Assembly: GCF_001194135.2 (NCBI RefSeq)
Contig: NC_068989.1
Span: 57,281,475-57,345,474, forward strand
Origin: Octopus bimaculoides
Taxonomy: Eukaryota
Direction of reading: 5' to 3'
DNA: 64,000 nucleotides
Of the stretch, positions 13,896 to 26,202 are shown piece by piece. The position numbers and the translations under genes are program-made. How positions within the stretch are numbered: the first letter of the stretch is position 1; each line of letters begins with the position of its first letter. The notes beneath the pieces were generated by a model that was given only the letters and a program-made list of their open reading frames with translations, searched no databases and was not told the DNA's origin.

Positions 13896-14180
13896 TACTA
13901 GTTTAAACTCTGGTATGTACTCTATACTATAGCATTTCGTTTCTACAAGAGCCAGTCTAAACCTTGGTATGAACTCTATGCTCTTTTACCGTGGTTTTAC
14001 AAGTACTAGTCTAAGCTCTGGTATGTACTGTATGTTCTAATACTATAGTTCTACAAATGGTATGTACTCTAAGATTTATTATTACAAGTACCAGTCTAAA
14101 GTCTGGTATGTACTCTAAGTTCTTTTACTACAGTTCCACAAATACTAGTCTTTATTACTACTATTTTACTACAAATGTTC
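13896..14180. repeat. Degenerate minisatellite, ~55-bp unit, ~5 copies
   Basis: Recurring TACTAGTCTAAACTCTGGTATGTACTCTA...CTACAA. Confidence 0.8.
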
Positions 14181-17084
14181 TAATATATGCTGTAACCTAA
14201 AATTCTGTTAGTATTCTACTTACCGGAATTATTTTCGAAAACATGATGTTACAAGGAAGCTGCATTCAATTGAGTCGATTTTATTAAATAACTGCTACAG
14301 ATTTTATCGACTACAGAGAGATGGGGGACCGAATCAACCACGATGAGATGTGAACTGAGAACGCAAAGGAACATAACTAAAATTACGAGATATTTAGTCG
14401 CGATCATTTCCGTTAAGAATAATAATAAATTAGCCATTTTAATAAATTTGAATTTTGTAATATTAACATGTTTGCTATTCTGTTATTCAATATTTTGAAA
14501 TATTGGTGTTTCTTCGGCTAGTAACTTGTTTTTCGTTTCACTAGGACCATTTTGCACACAATTAAAAGTCAATTATTTAATGATAAATTTTAACGGAGAA
14601 TGGAGTTGGATTCATCGTTATCTCTCATCTCTCTCTGTGCTGGAATATTATTGTAACGCCATTTTATTATTAAATTTGACGTTTTACGGACATTTCTTCC
14701 AATTATTTTTTTTGTGTATGTTTTGAGTTCTTGGGTGGTAAATTTGATCAACCGGCCGGTTTAACACTGCCTTTTACTCTTAGTTGACTTTAGCAGTGCG
14801 AACAATCCGTCCAGAATATCTTCCTTTCTTCCTACCAACGTCGGTGGCCCTCAAAAGATAGGAGTTCGTGGGAGCTACTCCTCCTTTTCTTCTAATGAGG
14901 TAACACACGCACGCACGCGTGCGTGCGCACTCACACACCACATTTTGCTATTTATTTATGTAGCACTGAGTGGACATGGCACGACATCAATCAGAATTTG
15001 GCGTTTATTGTTCAGCCACTCCAGGCCAAGATTTACAAGGTCTTTTTTTTTGGGGGGGGGTCTAAGATATGGTCTATAACGTAGATGAGTGCAGCAGTAG
15101 AGCTGCCCTAGATAAAGAATCAGTAACCATTGCGGATTCCTGCATGAGCTTCAGAGAGAGCTGAAGTATTTCCTAGTCGTTGAAGAAAGTTCAGTCTTTT
15201 GGCATGACGAATGAAGAAATCATAATTATGAATAATATTAATTGTTAGAAAAGAAAATAACCTAATTATCTGTAAACTCTTAGGTAATTAAAGCAAATTC
15301 AACAGGACAGAAATGAACGAGCAGACATTAACACTAAAACAAAAATATATTTAACATCACTGGGATGGGAGGAACGTATTGCTCTTCTTCGCGTTTATTT
15401 TTCAATGGAATATGTTTGTTGACATAGCATATAGTTCTAACTTTAAATATTCTGAGCAGTTTCAGAACATTCTTTGTTTGAAGTTTGAAGACGAGTCAAA
15501 TGTATTTCAATTGTGTTTCATGCATGGCATATTTCTTGCTTTTCTATTTAAGCATGAACAATTTAAACAAGTCTAATTAGTTACAGCAATGAACTCTGCA
15601 ATTTATCTGAGTTATTATATTTCATTTATTAGTATAATTTTGTTTTTCTGATGCTGCAACAATTCAAGCAACTCGTCTTAAACTTCAAATCTTATATTTA
15701 TTCGTTTTTTTAAATAGCGTTTTCAGTTCAATAACATAAAATTCAGACACATACTGCAGTAGATTCAATTGACAGTTACCCTCCCGAACTAGAAATGTAT
15801 GGTCATATTCATATTTCAGAAATAATTATTAGAAGTAGAAGTATGGGGAACTTGTGAAGTAGATGAAGGAAGAGGTGAACAAGGTGAAAGGGGAGTAGGT
15901 GATGTAGTTTAATGATGAGCGTATAAAGTAAGTGAAGCAGTAGAATGAGAAATGTAAGTAGATAAAGAAGGAGGGAAGTAAAAATATAAATTGCTGAAGA
16001 AATTATGAACGAGCAATGTTTGCCGCATAAACAGAGATTTTGCAGTAAATTTTTGTTAGGAATAATAATTTGTCAAAAATATTAACAACATTCTCTGTAG
16101 CATGATTACATTATACGATATTCTGTCTCTGAAACTAAATAACTGTGTTCCGTCGAGAAATATGACTAAAAAAAAATTGAACAAAACAAACTCATTGAGA
16201 CATGTTGTTTTATGGCAATTTCAATCAGCTTAATTCTCTGAAGCATTTGAGCAAAGATGGATCTACTTCATCCATTAATTAACGAGGATAGGAAATAACA
16301 TGAAAGGCTTTGTACGTTTCTGTACATGTTAGCTAAATACCATATGAACTGGATTATCGAGCTAAATTATTTCGAAGCTCGTGGGAAGAATAATTAATAA
16401 AAGAAATTTTGCAAGACAAATTTTAGGGTTCTCTACATACGTTCTAATTAGCACATAACAGAAAATATAAAGATCTGAGAAAATAAACTGAAATAATGGC
16501 TTTCAAACTACATGTTTAATAGGGAGATAAAAATATGCACTTCTAAAATTGACCCTTGTGAAAGGGTTCAAAGTCAATAATTCAGAAAGAGATATGGATT
16601 CGGTAACATCAAACATTGCTATATCAATGGCAAATATTTCAACTATGAGTGAAGAACTGAGAATCTTAAATAACTAAAATTTCAATGTGCCCCATAACTA
16701 CCCAAGATATCGTATCGTTGGTGCTCTATTATATACATAAAGAAGACAGATGACACTAAGTCATCTATTTATACGGAGGTTCAATTCACTGGTGTAGGTC
16801 ACCAAAGTATCACTATAACATTTACTAGCGATACGTTGCTATGCTGAATTTATTTTCCATTGAAGTAATGTTAGGAATGTCTTATTCTTCCAACGTCGTT
16901 AGCCTCACATCCATTTCCCTATAAAGAAAACCTGAAAGTTACCGAAGACATAGCCACAGGCAATTATGTTAACAGTACATGCATTTTCTATAGTTTGTGT
17001 CGTTGAGGGATTATGTATGTACGTAAGTATGATTGCATGTATGTATGCGCGGATAAATGTATGCGCGGATAAATGTATGTATGT

Positions 17085-17154
17085 ATGTATGTATGTATGT
17101 ATAAAAGAGATAGGCCAGGTATGTCAGGTAGGTAGGTAGGTAGGTATGTAGATA

Positions 17155-17195
<41 letters not shown>

Positions 17196-17224
17196 CAGAC
17201 AGGCAGACAGACAGACAGACAGAC

Positions 17225-17275
<51 letters not shown>

Positions 17276-17312
17276 CAGACAGGCAGGCAGACAGACAGAC
17301 AGACAGACAGAC

Positions 17313-17352
<40 letters not shown>
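17085..17352. repeat. Compound (TATG)/(GGTA)/(GATA)/(GACA) microsatellite
   Basis: Direct reading. Confidence 0.95.
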
Positions 17353-18811
17353 TTTAGTCCGGTCATATGAGCAATTTCTTGTATGTCTTTCCGGTTAACT
17401 CAGTGTGTTTCGATGAAAAGTGGCGTATATGAAATCCAGTAATGCGTTAACATCCCCAGTACGTTAGGACAGACTCTATATTTATCCCCAGACTTTGGAC
17501 ATACATCTAGGTCCAAAAATACGCTTTGATAGTTTGGCGCGTTTAATTCCTTTTTCGAGAGCAAAAATTGTATATGATATTAAACTTTTTTATTCTTGGA
17601 CAACCTCCTACAATGGAGAGTTATAGTAAAGCATTTCAGCAGTGACTATTTGTTGCAAATTCTTTAATATATTGAAAGAAACATGTAAATTTAGTCTAAA
17701 ATTAATGAAAATGCCTCCACAATTGATTATTATAACTGAATGCTTGAAAATCATAAATTTTCAAGCTGTACTCTTAATTCTCAAGCTGGTTTGAATGGTT
17801 GATATGATCTTCAATCTCTATCATACTCTTCAGTAGATGATTTCGTACACCATTTACAAAAATCATTGTTATTTCATATCAGTTTTTCCATTACAAGACT
17901 TGAAATGATTCATTTTATATCGATCCAATTCTATCAAAGAACCCTCAGAATATTTGTGCCTAATTTTAAAAGGGATAAATAAAATAAAAATTTCAATTTC
18001 AATTTCTAATCAATTCCTCACTATCTTTCATCTCCTCGTTACACACTGTTCTCAATTCAGTTTATTTCTTTTAATCTTTTTCATAGTTATCTTCTTGCAT
18101 TTTCTCAATTTCAAACATTTTGGTATATATTTTTTGCCACGTTTCATGCTCGCCTTTTGTTAAGTATGTTTACTTTACCTCTTTCTGATTCAATTTTTTA
18201 TCGCTTTCTTCAAATTTTTCTCCTTCTCATAATATACTTTTCTCTCTTTCTTCCTGATTTTGTTTAATCTTAAATGCCATGACCAAATTAAACCTAGGTT
18301 TACAACTCAGTTAAAACTGTAGTTTCTGAAGCGATGCATGAAATATTATTCCTTTCAAGCTTAGATACGATAGAATAAGTACGATTCCGTTTGAATATCA
18401 CAGAGGGAAATGTCATGGGTNNNNNNNNNNNNNNNNNNNNNNNNNNNNNNNNNNNNNNNNNNNNNNNNNNNNNNNNNNNNNNNNNNNNNNNNNNNNNNNN
18501 NNNNNNNNNNNNNNNNNNNNNNNNNNNNNNNNNNNNNNNNNNNNNNNNNNNNNNNNNNNNNNNNNNNNNNNNNNNNNNNNNNNNNNNNNNNNNNNNNNNN
18601 NNNNNNNNNNNNNNNNNNNNNNNNNNNNNNNNNNNNNNNNNNNNNNNNNNNNNNNNNNNNNNNNNNNNNNNNNNNNNNNNNNNNNNNNNNNNNNNNNNNN
18701 NNNNNNNNNNNNNNNNNNNNNNNNNNNNNNNNNNNNNNNNNNNNNNNNNNNNNNNNNNNNNNNNNNNNNNNNNNNNNNNNNNNNNNNNNNNNNNNNNNNN
18801 NNNNNNNNNNN

Positions 18812-19308
18812 ATACCCATCATGACTACCCGTCTCATAAGGATACACCAGGCACATGCATCACAACCATATGTGCGCGACATTGTGATCTCATATCAAGA
18901 TAAACAGAGCATGACCTCGCAGGTGAGGTCCAGTTAGAAGTTTCTTCAGGTCGAGTAACCCATCCCGCTCAAAAGGTCCCTGAATAAAGTTTGTTTAAGT
19001 GTGTTGAGCGAAACATCCATGTTTCCAAAGGTGAATTATCCAAACCCCAAAGAATTCCTCTCAACACATGGCTATGATGCTCCCCCACTGCTTCTGCTCG
19101 TGATCAGAGATGCACATATCGTCAGCCACCAAGTGACATGCTCAACAGGTTAAGGTAAAAAAAAACAGCAAGAAAATCTGTGGTATTAAGCAGAATATTT
19201 ACTGTAGCCCTTCTTTTTATACCAAGACAAAACAATGTACATGATAACACTTCCAATCAATTAAGATCAGAAACCATGAGAACCACTGCCTGGTATTGCA
19301 TCCGGGCA
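18812..19308. mobile_element. Unclassified ~550-bp interspersed repeat (family C), copy 1, left end in a gap
   Basis: Clearly homologous to 25105-25599 and 26203-26559 (...CCCCAAAGAATTCCTCTCAACACATGGCTATGATGCTC...). Ends at GGCA next to (ATT)n. Confidence 0.9.
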
Positions 19309-19318
19309 TTTATTATTG

Positions 19319-19375
<57 letters not shown>

Positions 19376-19376
19376 A

Positions 19377-19433
19377 TCACTGCCTGGCATCGAACTAACA
19401 CCAAGATTCCGAGTTCGATTCCATGCAGTGACC

Positions 19434-19470
<37 letters not shown>

Positions 19471-19625
19471 CCACAACCACAACAACATTGAAAATACCAT
19501 AGGAATGAGAACCAAGGTTCGAAATTTCCCCAAGATAGCTGATGAAGGCTGGAGGGTATATCAACCGAAACGTTGTGTTAACAACAAACAAGATGAGTCG
19601 AATGTAAATAATGTAAATAATATAA
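19377..19625 (+). mobile_element. Composite element: inverted Pol III B-box head + (AAT)n + hammerhead-bearing tail
   Basis: Inverted repeat 19377-19396/19412-19431 (18/20) containing GAGTTCGATTCC, then (AAT)n, then a hammerhead core at 19539-19575. Confidence 0.7.
19534..19579 (+). ncRNA. Minimal type-I hammerhead ribozyme motif
   Basis: CTGATGA-A-GGCTG-gagggtatat-CAACC-GAAACGTT-GTGTT. Stem II has one mismatch, stem III is palindromic (AACGTT), and stem I is partly paired (GATAG/GTGTT). Confidence 0.7.
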
Positions 19626-20216
19626 TAAATATTTTATGAGAAAAACGCGAGAGCTTTTATTTGATCGGTCGGTCTGACTATTAAAACGCACACTGTCTTC
19701 TTGTAAAGGGCAAGGCACATTTGACTATATAGGTCTGGACACACGTCGTCAAAAACAAGACGAATGGCCACGTGTAGAATCTCTAAGATCAGATCTACTG
19801 GGCTTAAAGTGAACACAGCAATATTGGATGATTTCAAAACAACAACAATTTCACATTCATACTCAATGGCATCGAGTAAGAAACTGGATGAAGATTCTTT
19901 AGGTACCCCAAAGAAAATATGCGCTAAATTGGTTTTCAATGGCCTACTCCATGCCACTTTGGGGGCAACTACCTGTCTCGGATTGCTGTTATATGAAACG
20001 AAGGCTTGCTCACATGAGAAGATTATAAGAAGTAATCTGGTAGGTTTCGTGTTAAATTTCCATGGTAGTCAAGTAAGAATAGCGAGGAGAGAGATTGAGA
20101 GAGAGATATAAGTAAAAAATGTGTGATTGGAAATAGCAGTGATATGAATTACTTAGAATGTAATTTGCAAACTAATAAATGTTACGCATATCTAAGAGAA
20201 GAATGTACTGATATGC

Positions 20217-20267
<51 letters not shown>

Positions 20268-22189
20268 NNNNNNNNNNTAAATATATATCTATATACAAAT
20301 ATATGTACAAATATACAGATGTCCATATACATGCTTATTTGTGTATATACGCGCGCGCGTGTGTGTGTATGAACATAAGTGAAACACTTTACTGCATTAC
20401 TTTCATTTTCTGTATAAGATCTTTTCAGAAAAACCTGTTGAAATGCTTTAATAAAGAGATAATCAATTCGTAAGAAAGGTTCAAAGCAAATAAATAGATC
20501 TAAATAAATAAAGAAAGAAAGAAAAAATGTGCAACATTTAATGAGAAAATCGAGAAGAAATTTCTCAACGGAATTCAAAAGAAATAATTTAAGAATAATG
20601 TAGCTAAAATAACTCATTAAAATTTTAAATGTCATTCCATTGATAAGGGGAGAAAATACCTATCAACGCCTATGGTTTTGCGAAAAGTATGAATGTTTGG
20701 TATATTGTGGTTCTTGTTCTGACTATCTGTCTATTCGTTTCAAATCCAGCCATGACTCCTCAGACGTAGATTTAATCCACTGAACAGTTTAACGATGTCA
20801 TCTAGTACTTTGGGTGCCGTTAGTGGGGCTCGTTCTGTGACAAACATTCACCACATTTTTCCGGTTTGACGCTGCCTTCATCCAACCCTACAAATCTCGG
20901 AAGCTGCCTTCTCTTCTCAGTGAAACATTTTTAAAAGATTAGCTTCCAATGTAGGTAAAAGGCAATCTCATGTATCATTATGGCAGCAGTCATTTGACTA
21001 AATATTTTTCTTAAGCCAATGCTTGACTTAGTTAGTCATTGACTAGCGAAATTAACGAACATCTAAGCTACGTCATACCCAGTCCTATTTAGCTCCTATT
21101 ACTGTCTTAATTTTCCCTCACTGCAATTTTCGTTTTTATCAAATAGTCAAAATGTATCGATTATATTATTTTAGAGTCAATCAGAGTCACATGATCGTTC
21201 GATGAGCTCAATATTGTTTTACTTCTTTTATTGATTTCAGTAATTGGACTTGTACCTTTAAAGTGAATTTCAGAAGGCATAAATTACCCTACATTCAGCC
21301 AGTGTCTCACTTGCGTTCAAGTTTTTGAGTCAATATATCATCATAAATAAATAACAAATGTTGTTGGTATTTAGTTCCAGATCAGCAATTATCAAACTAA
21401 CCAGTGGACGAACGGGAGCCAGCTATGACCATTGTGTCTTCTATTGAAAATGTATATCTAATAATACTTTATTTAATGCCTTACAATTTTAAAGAAAGTA
21501 GGGTGTAATTTGAAGCAGATTCGGTTGTTATTTCTAGTAGGTAAGTCAACCAGGTACACCTTTGTGCGTTTGTCTTGAAATACTATTGGTGTTATTGCTT
21601 AGTGCTATTATTTAAGCTTACTCGAGCAAACCTATGATAAAAGCTCCCCAACCGTGACCACCTCGTTTTATCCTAAATGCAGTGAATCAATGGTAATATT
21701 ATCCAGCGTGTACTTTTCTAAGATAGCAGAAAATGATTTGTGAAGGTATTTAATTGTTATTTCTAGCAGGTTAAGCAACCATATAAAAGCTCTCTTGTTG
21801 GATCACATGTTAAAGGATGTTACGGATACGTAAATTTAATGTTTTGACATACCTCCATCTATTGAGAATCTCCAATTGCCCGTAGTTAAGCACTTTACGC
21901 CACGGAAAGTTTGAATAATCATAAAAACGTATGAGAAAATATCTTGCTAATTTAATTTCCTCTTTACTATTGGAATTATGTTCCTTTTAGTAGAAGGAAT
22001 AATATATTCCGTTATGGTTTATTGCAGAAAATGTTCGATTTATTCATTCAATAAGTCGTAGACATGCGTATCTGAGTATGAGTGTATTTCTGTACTTGTA
22101 TTTATGTATATGTCTGAAAAATGCGTGGTTTTTATGTTGGCTAATACTTATAAGCCCTTATAGAGATCTTACTTGTAATTTCTACCGAG

Positions 22190-22685
22190 AGAGAAAGGAC
22201 GATGGCACCAGAAGCTCCACCAATGTTCTACACGGTAGGGAATGCATTGGAGGATATTTTTTGCCTGAAACAGCTGCGCCAATTAAATCAGAGAAGCAGG
22301 GTCTAATGGATGGATAAGATCGCCCAAATAGAAAAAAAATCACCCCACATCACCAGTAACAGTGGTATGAAACCATATATTGTACTACTCTACTCACTTT
22401 CATCAAACCAATGGATCCTAACTGAACTCACTGTATCATATGAAAGCGGAATAGAGGGAGACAACATTTACAAGACAGAAATATGTCATTTTTGCCATCA
22501 AAATTAGGAGAATCTGGTCTCCAAGCCTGAGTTCTCGCCATAGAGGTGGGAGCGAGAGATTTTGGGCGAAAATCTGCCAAAAATTCTCATGAAACGACTC
22601 AGTTTCTGGGAGAAAGAAAACCAGACCCTTAAAGTGATGCCAGAATCATCTGAAACGAGTTCGAACAGGATCTGGTTAAAGAATA
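22190..22685 (+). mobile_element. Hero/R2-like RLE non-LTR retrotransposon, 3' relic
   Basis: Frameshifted MKPYIVLLYSLSSNQWILTELTVSYESGIE, KLGESGLQA*VLAIEVGARDF and SSETSSNRIWLK. These match the RPDIV..ELTVP.E..EVGARG..WIW pattern. Confidence 0.8.
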
Positions 22686-23489
22686 AAAGTGAATTTTAGA
22701 GGGCATAATTTACCCTACATTCAGCAGGTGTACAGGAGTGGTTACAACATTCAAGGTACCTTAGCTCTGGAACACCTTGACTCCCCTACCCACGAGGGTT
22801 TCAGCACAAACAGTAACACAGAAAGCGAAAGTAGAGGGGAAACCAGGAGTCATGACGTCGATGCCTCACGCCATGTTCAACCCTTACAGCGTAAGGGAAT
22901 GGGAGGATGCTTACCTCATGACCTGCTGTTCAGCTCCCGTTGGAGTTTCTTACAATCTACTGACGCAATAACAAGCATACTTCATTTATTACACTTTCTT
23001 TCTGAAACTTATCAGTAAATAGCAGGTGAGTCTGTATAGATTCTGTTCCTTAGTAAAATAACATGATATGATCATTACAAGTTAATATGAAATACACTTT
23101 AGAAATAAATTGTCTAGTTTTTAATGGTATCTATTTATTTCTCGATAACTTAAATTGTAAAAAATTAAAAGCGGTTGTCTTGTGTTTGTATTTTTTTTTA
23201 CTGTTAAACTGGCAGAAAAATACAATTGTTGAAATTCAGTTTTAAATAACATTTTCTCTTTCATCCACATTAACATTCAATTATATGACCACAGCTCCTT
23301 AAACGTTGGATTTTTGAGAACCTTGCTGACAGGAAATTCAATAGTGATATTAACGCTAATTAAGGCCTTAATCTTAAGCTGAATCGATTGATTTTTAGCA
23401 GCTTTGGTTTCGTATTACAACAGTGAATACACACGTACCGGCACACAAATATAATGACACATTTGCAATAGTTTTAATTTATATAAATG

Positions 23490-23720
23490 CATTTGCTCAG
23501 CTGGTTTAGGTGTAGGGCTTGTGATCTTTAGGTTATGGATTCGATTCGTTTCACATTAGTCCAGTGCACGTATCTCCGAATTGGTACCAGTGACAGCTAG
23601 CAGGGTTTGGAGGTAACCTTGCAATGCACAGGCAACTGGATCTGGATCTAGGAAATATTTGTACTCCCTGTTCCTTGAACACAACGTACACCGGTGTAAG
23701 CTCTCGCCTAATGAGGCTTT
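23490..23720 (+). mobile_element. Ancient tRNA-derived SINE with a Meta/MESC-like central domain
   Basis: A box GCTCAGCTGGT and B box GGATTCGATTC, then GGTAACCTTGCAATGCACAGGCA...TACTCCC...ACCGGTGTAAGCTCTCGCCTAATGAGGC. This resembles the conserved metazoan SINE domain as I recall it. Confidence 0.5.
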
Positions 23721-24099
23721 GCAAACACTTGAGACAGACTTTAATTTTTACCTTAGTAGTTTACAGTGGTAATCTTCCAATCTGAATTGTCTGGTATGTA
23801 GGTTCGGTTTACCAGCTAAATTTCATTCATAGCAAATAAAACAGGAGAGACATGGGCTGTGCCAGATTAGCTAAATTTTGACAGCCTTTAAAGTGGGCAA
23901 TGCTTCACTAGAAAAGCAATATTTGCAAAGATTTAGAATGTGTGTGTGTGTGCTCTTCTGGTTTGAATTATTTGAATTCTCCCTCTGAGGTAGGAGCTGG
24001 TTTCTAAGAAAGATACAAAGTTCCATCGTTGTATGTATGTATGTATATGTGTGTGAGCGTATGTATGTATGTATGTATGCATGTAGATGTGTGTGTGTG

Positions 24100-24129
<30 letters not shown>

Positions 24130-24133
<4 letters not shown>

Positions 24134-24545
24134 TGTACGTATGCTCTTTTCTGTTTTTAATTATTTAAATTATTTCTAACAAAAATACAAAACACCATCG
24201 TTGGAATATCGTTGGAATGTAAATAACAAAAACAATGTAATATTTTAAACCTGAGAAAAGTCTTGCATAGTTTTACTGTTTCACTTACAGATTATATTTT
24301 TAATGTGCGAGTCAGTTGGCTGATTTCTTTCTCTGAAAATCCAAGCTTATTCAGACTGACAGTTAGGCATTTACTTACAAAACCAAGTGCACCATACTGT
24401 TATTGGTATGAATGTAAATTTGTAATCCGGATATAGAAGCTGGAGGTTTCGAAGCAGTTGTCCATAGTTATCTTCTTTCTCTTTGATTTTCAAAGATATA
24501 TTCACATCAGTAGGACAGCTGTCCTCTATGACGGTATGCATGCAC
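24130..24545 (-). mobile_element. RLE non-LTR retrotransposon 3' end embedded in (CATA)n
   Basis: VIEDSCPTDVNISLKIKEKEDNYGQLLRNLQLLYPDYKFTFIPITV is an RLE C-terminus. The 3'UTR ends in a (CATA)n tail. Related 3'UTR pieces lie at ~23960-24030 and ~45565-45680. Confidence 0.75.
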
Positions 24546-25104
24546 GCATGTATGTATGTATGTATGTATGTATGTATGTATGTATGTATGTATGTATGTA
24601 TGCATGTATGTATGTATGGATCTATGTGTGTATGCATATATGTTCGTATGTTTGCATAACACGCATGCATATGTGAGTATGTATGTATGCAAGCATGTAT
24701 ATTATGTATGTAGGAACAAGTGTTAGTACATGTGCGATTGAGCACATCAAAAAAAGCTCTCCTGAATAATAAGGTTCAGTTTTAATAGTTAGTGAGAATC
24801 AAACTACTCTAGTTTACTGCCTATTAGTAAAGTTTTAGTAATTGCTTGATTGTTTTAAAGTACATTAATGAGGATTAAGAAGCATCGAAGATTTAGATTA
24901 GCAAAGATCGATGGCTATTAAAATGTTTCTTGGTTAGTCCCAAATCATCCCTGATTTAGCACATAAGTTGTTAACTAAAGAGTTAGACGTAGTAGATTGC
25001 TAATACTCTCTATTGGTTTTAAACGGAATTTGTCGAACTATCTCAAGTAGAGGATTAGCAGTAAGTGTGCAAGTTTTAAATGTTGTTGCTATTACTGAGT
25101 GAGT

Positions 25105-25599
25105 GAGAGAGCAGCGCATGCCATCAAAGTGATACTGGGGTAAAATATACGAAGCTCATTATATCCATCATGATTGCTCGTCTGATAAGGATACACCAGG
25201 CATATGCATCACAACCATATGTGCGCGATATGGCGATCTTATACCAGGATACACAGCGCATGACCTTGCAGGTGGGATCTTGTTAGAATTTTCTTCTGGT
25301 TGAGTAGTCCATCTTGCTCAAAATGTCCCTTAATAATGTTTGGTTAAGGATGATGAACAAAACACCCATGTTTCCAGAGGTGAATTATCCAAGCCCCAAA
25401 GAATTTCTCTCAATACATGGCTATGATGCTCCCCTACTATTTCGGCTCGTGATCAGACTTGCACAGGTCGTCAGCTACTAAACTCGTCAGCTACTGGTTA
25501 AAGTCAAGCAACTGACAAGCAAATCTGTGGTATTGAGGAGAATAATTGCTGTGACCCATCTTTTATACCAAGATCAAAAGCCATGAGAGCATCAGGGCA
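25105..25599. mobile_element. Family C repeat, copy 2 (internal ~43-bp deletion)
   Basis: Homology to 18812-19308. The deletion lies between AAGA microhomologies near 25570. Confidence 0.9.
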
Positions 25600-25601
25600 G
25601 T

Positions 25602-25800
25602 GGCGAGCTGACAGAATTGTTAGCATACCGGGCAAAATACTTTGCAGCATTTCGTCCGTTTTCAAGTACTGAATTCAAATTTCCCAAGGTCAACTTTGCC
25701 TTTTGCTCTTTTGGGTCGATAAAATAAGGACCATTTAAGCACCGGGGTCCATTTGATTCCTTCCCAGAAATTGCGGGCCTTCTGCCAAAATTTTAAAATC
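25602..25800 (+). mobile_element. SINE family A
   Basis: GGCGAGCTGACAGAATTGTTAGC head. Confidence 0.85.
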
Positions 25801-25829
25801 TTCTTCTTATTATTATTATTCAGTAACCT

Positions 25830-26170
25830 TATTTTTGTCACTTGCTTTCACTGCACTATCGAACGCAACTCTACGTGCTTTGGATATGTGCTCTAGTTTG
25901 TTTTGCTGTTATTTTCACTGTATTGAAAGTACATTACATAAAATGTGTGCGGTACCTATTAGTGCTATTTACTGTATGCTATATATATTAGTAAGTACTG
26001 GTGTTTTGGTTATGTATTTGTCGGTGTATTTTTTAATCATACCTAATGCACCTATTATTATAGGGATTGTTTGTGTTTTTAACTCCACATTCAGGATACC
26101 TCTATTTCCAGATTATTCTATTTTGAAAGTTTCTCTGTTTTTTTTATTGTTTTTTTTTTTAGGAGATACA
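25830..26170 (-). mobile_element. R4/Dong-like 3' end
   Basis: LKTQTIPIIIGALGMIKK...IALIGTAHIL, then a 3'UTR ending in (AAT)n. Confidence 0.85.
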
Positions 26171-26202
26171 TTGTCATCTGTAGGGTAGGGATTTATCCAT
26201 CA

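Noticed and set aside
19634-20111. Overlapping 107/115-aa ORFs
   Set aside because: No identifiable domain. An FFRYPK THAP-like hint lacks the upstream CxxxC. Probably a decayed TE.
20728-20768. Minus-strand CTGAGGA...GAAAC hammerhead-like string
   Set aside because: Stem II is poor and there is no proper GUH site or stem I.
22845-22930. Possible SECIS element (ATGA plus hairpin)
   Set aside because: It lacks the apical AA at the right spacing and the GA quartet partner.
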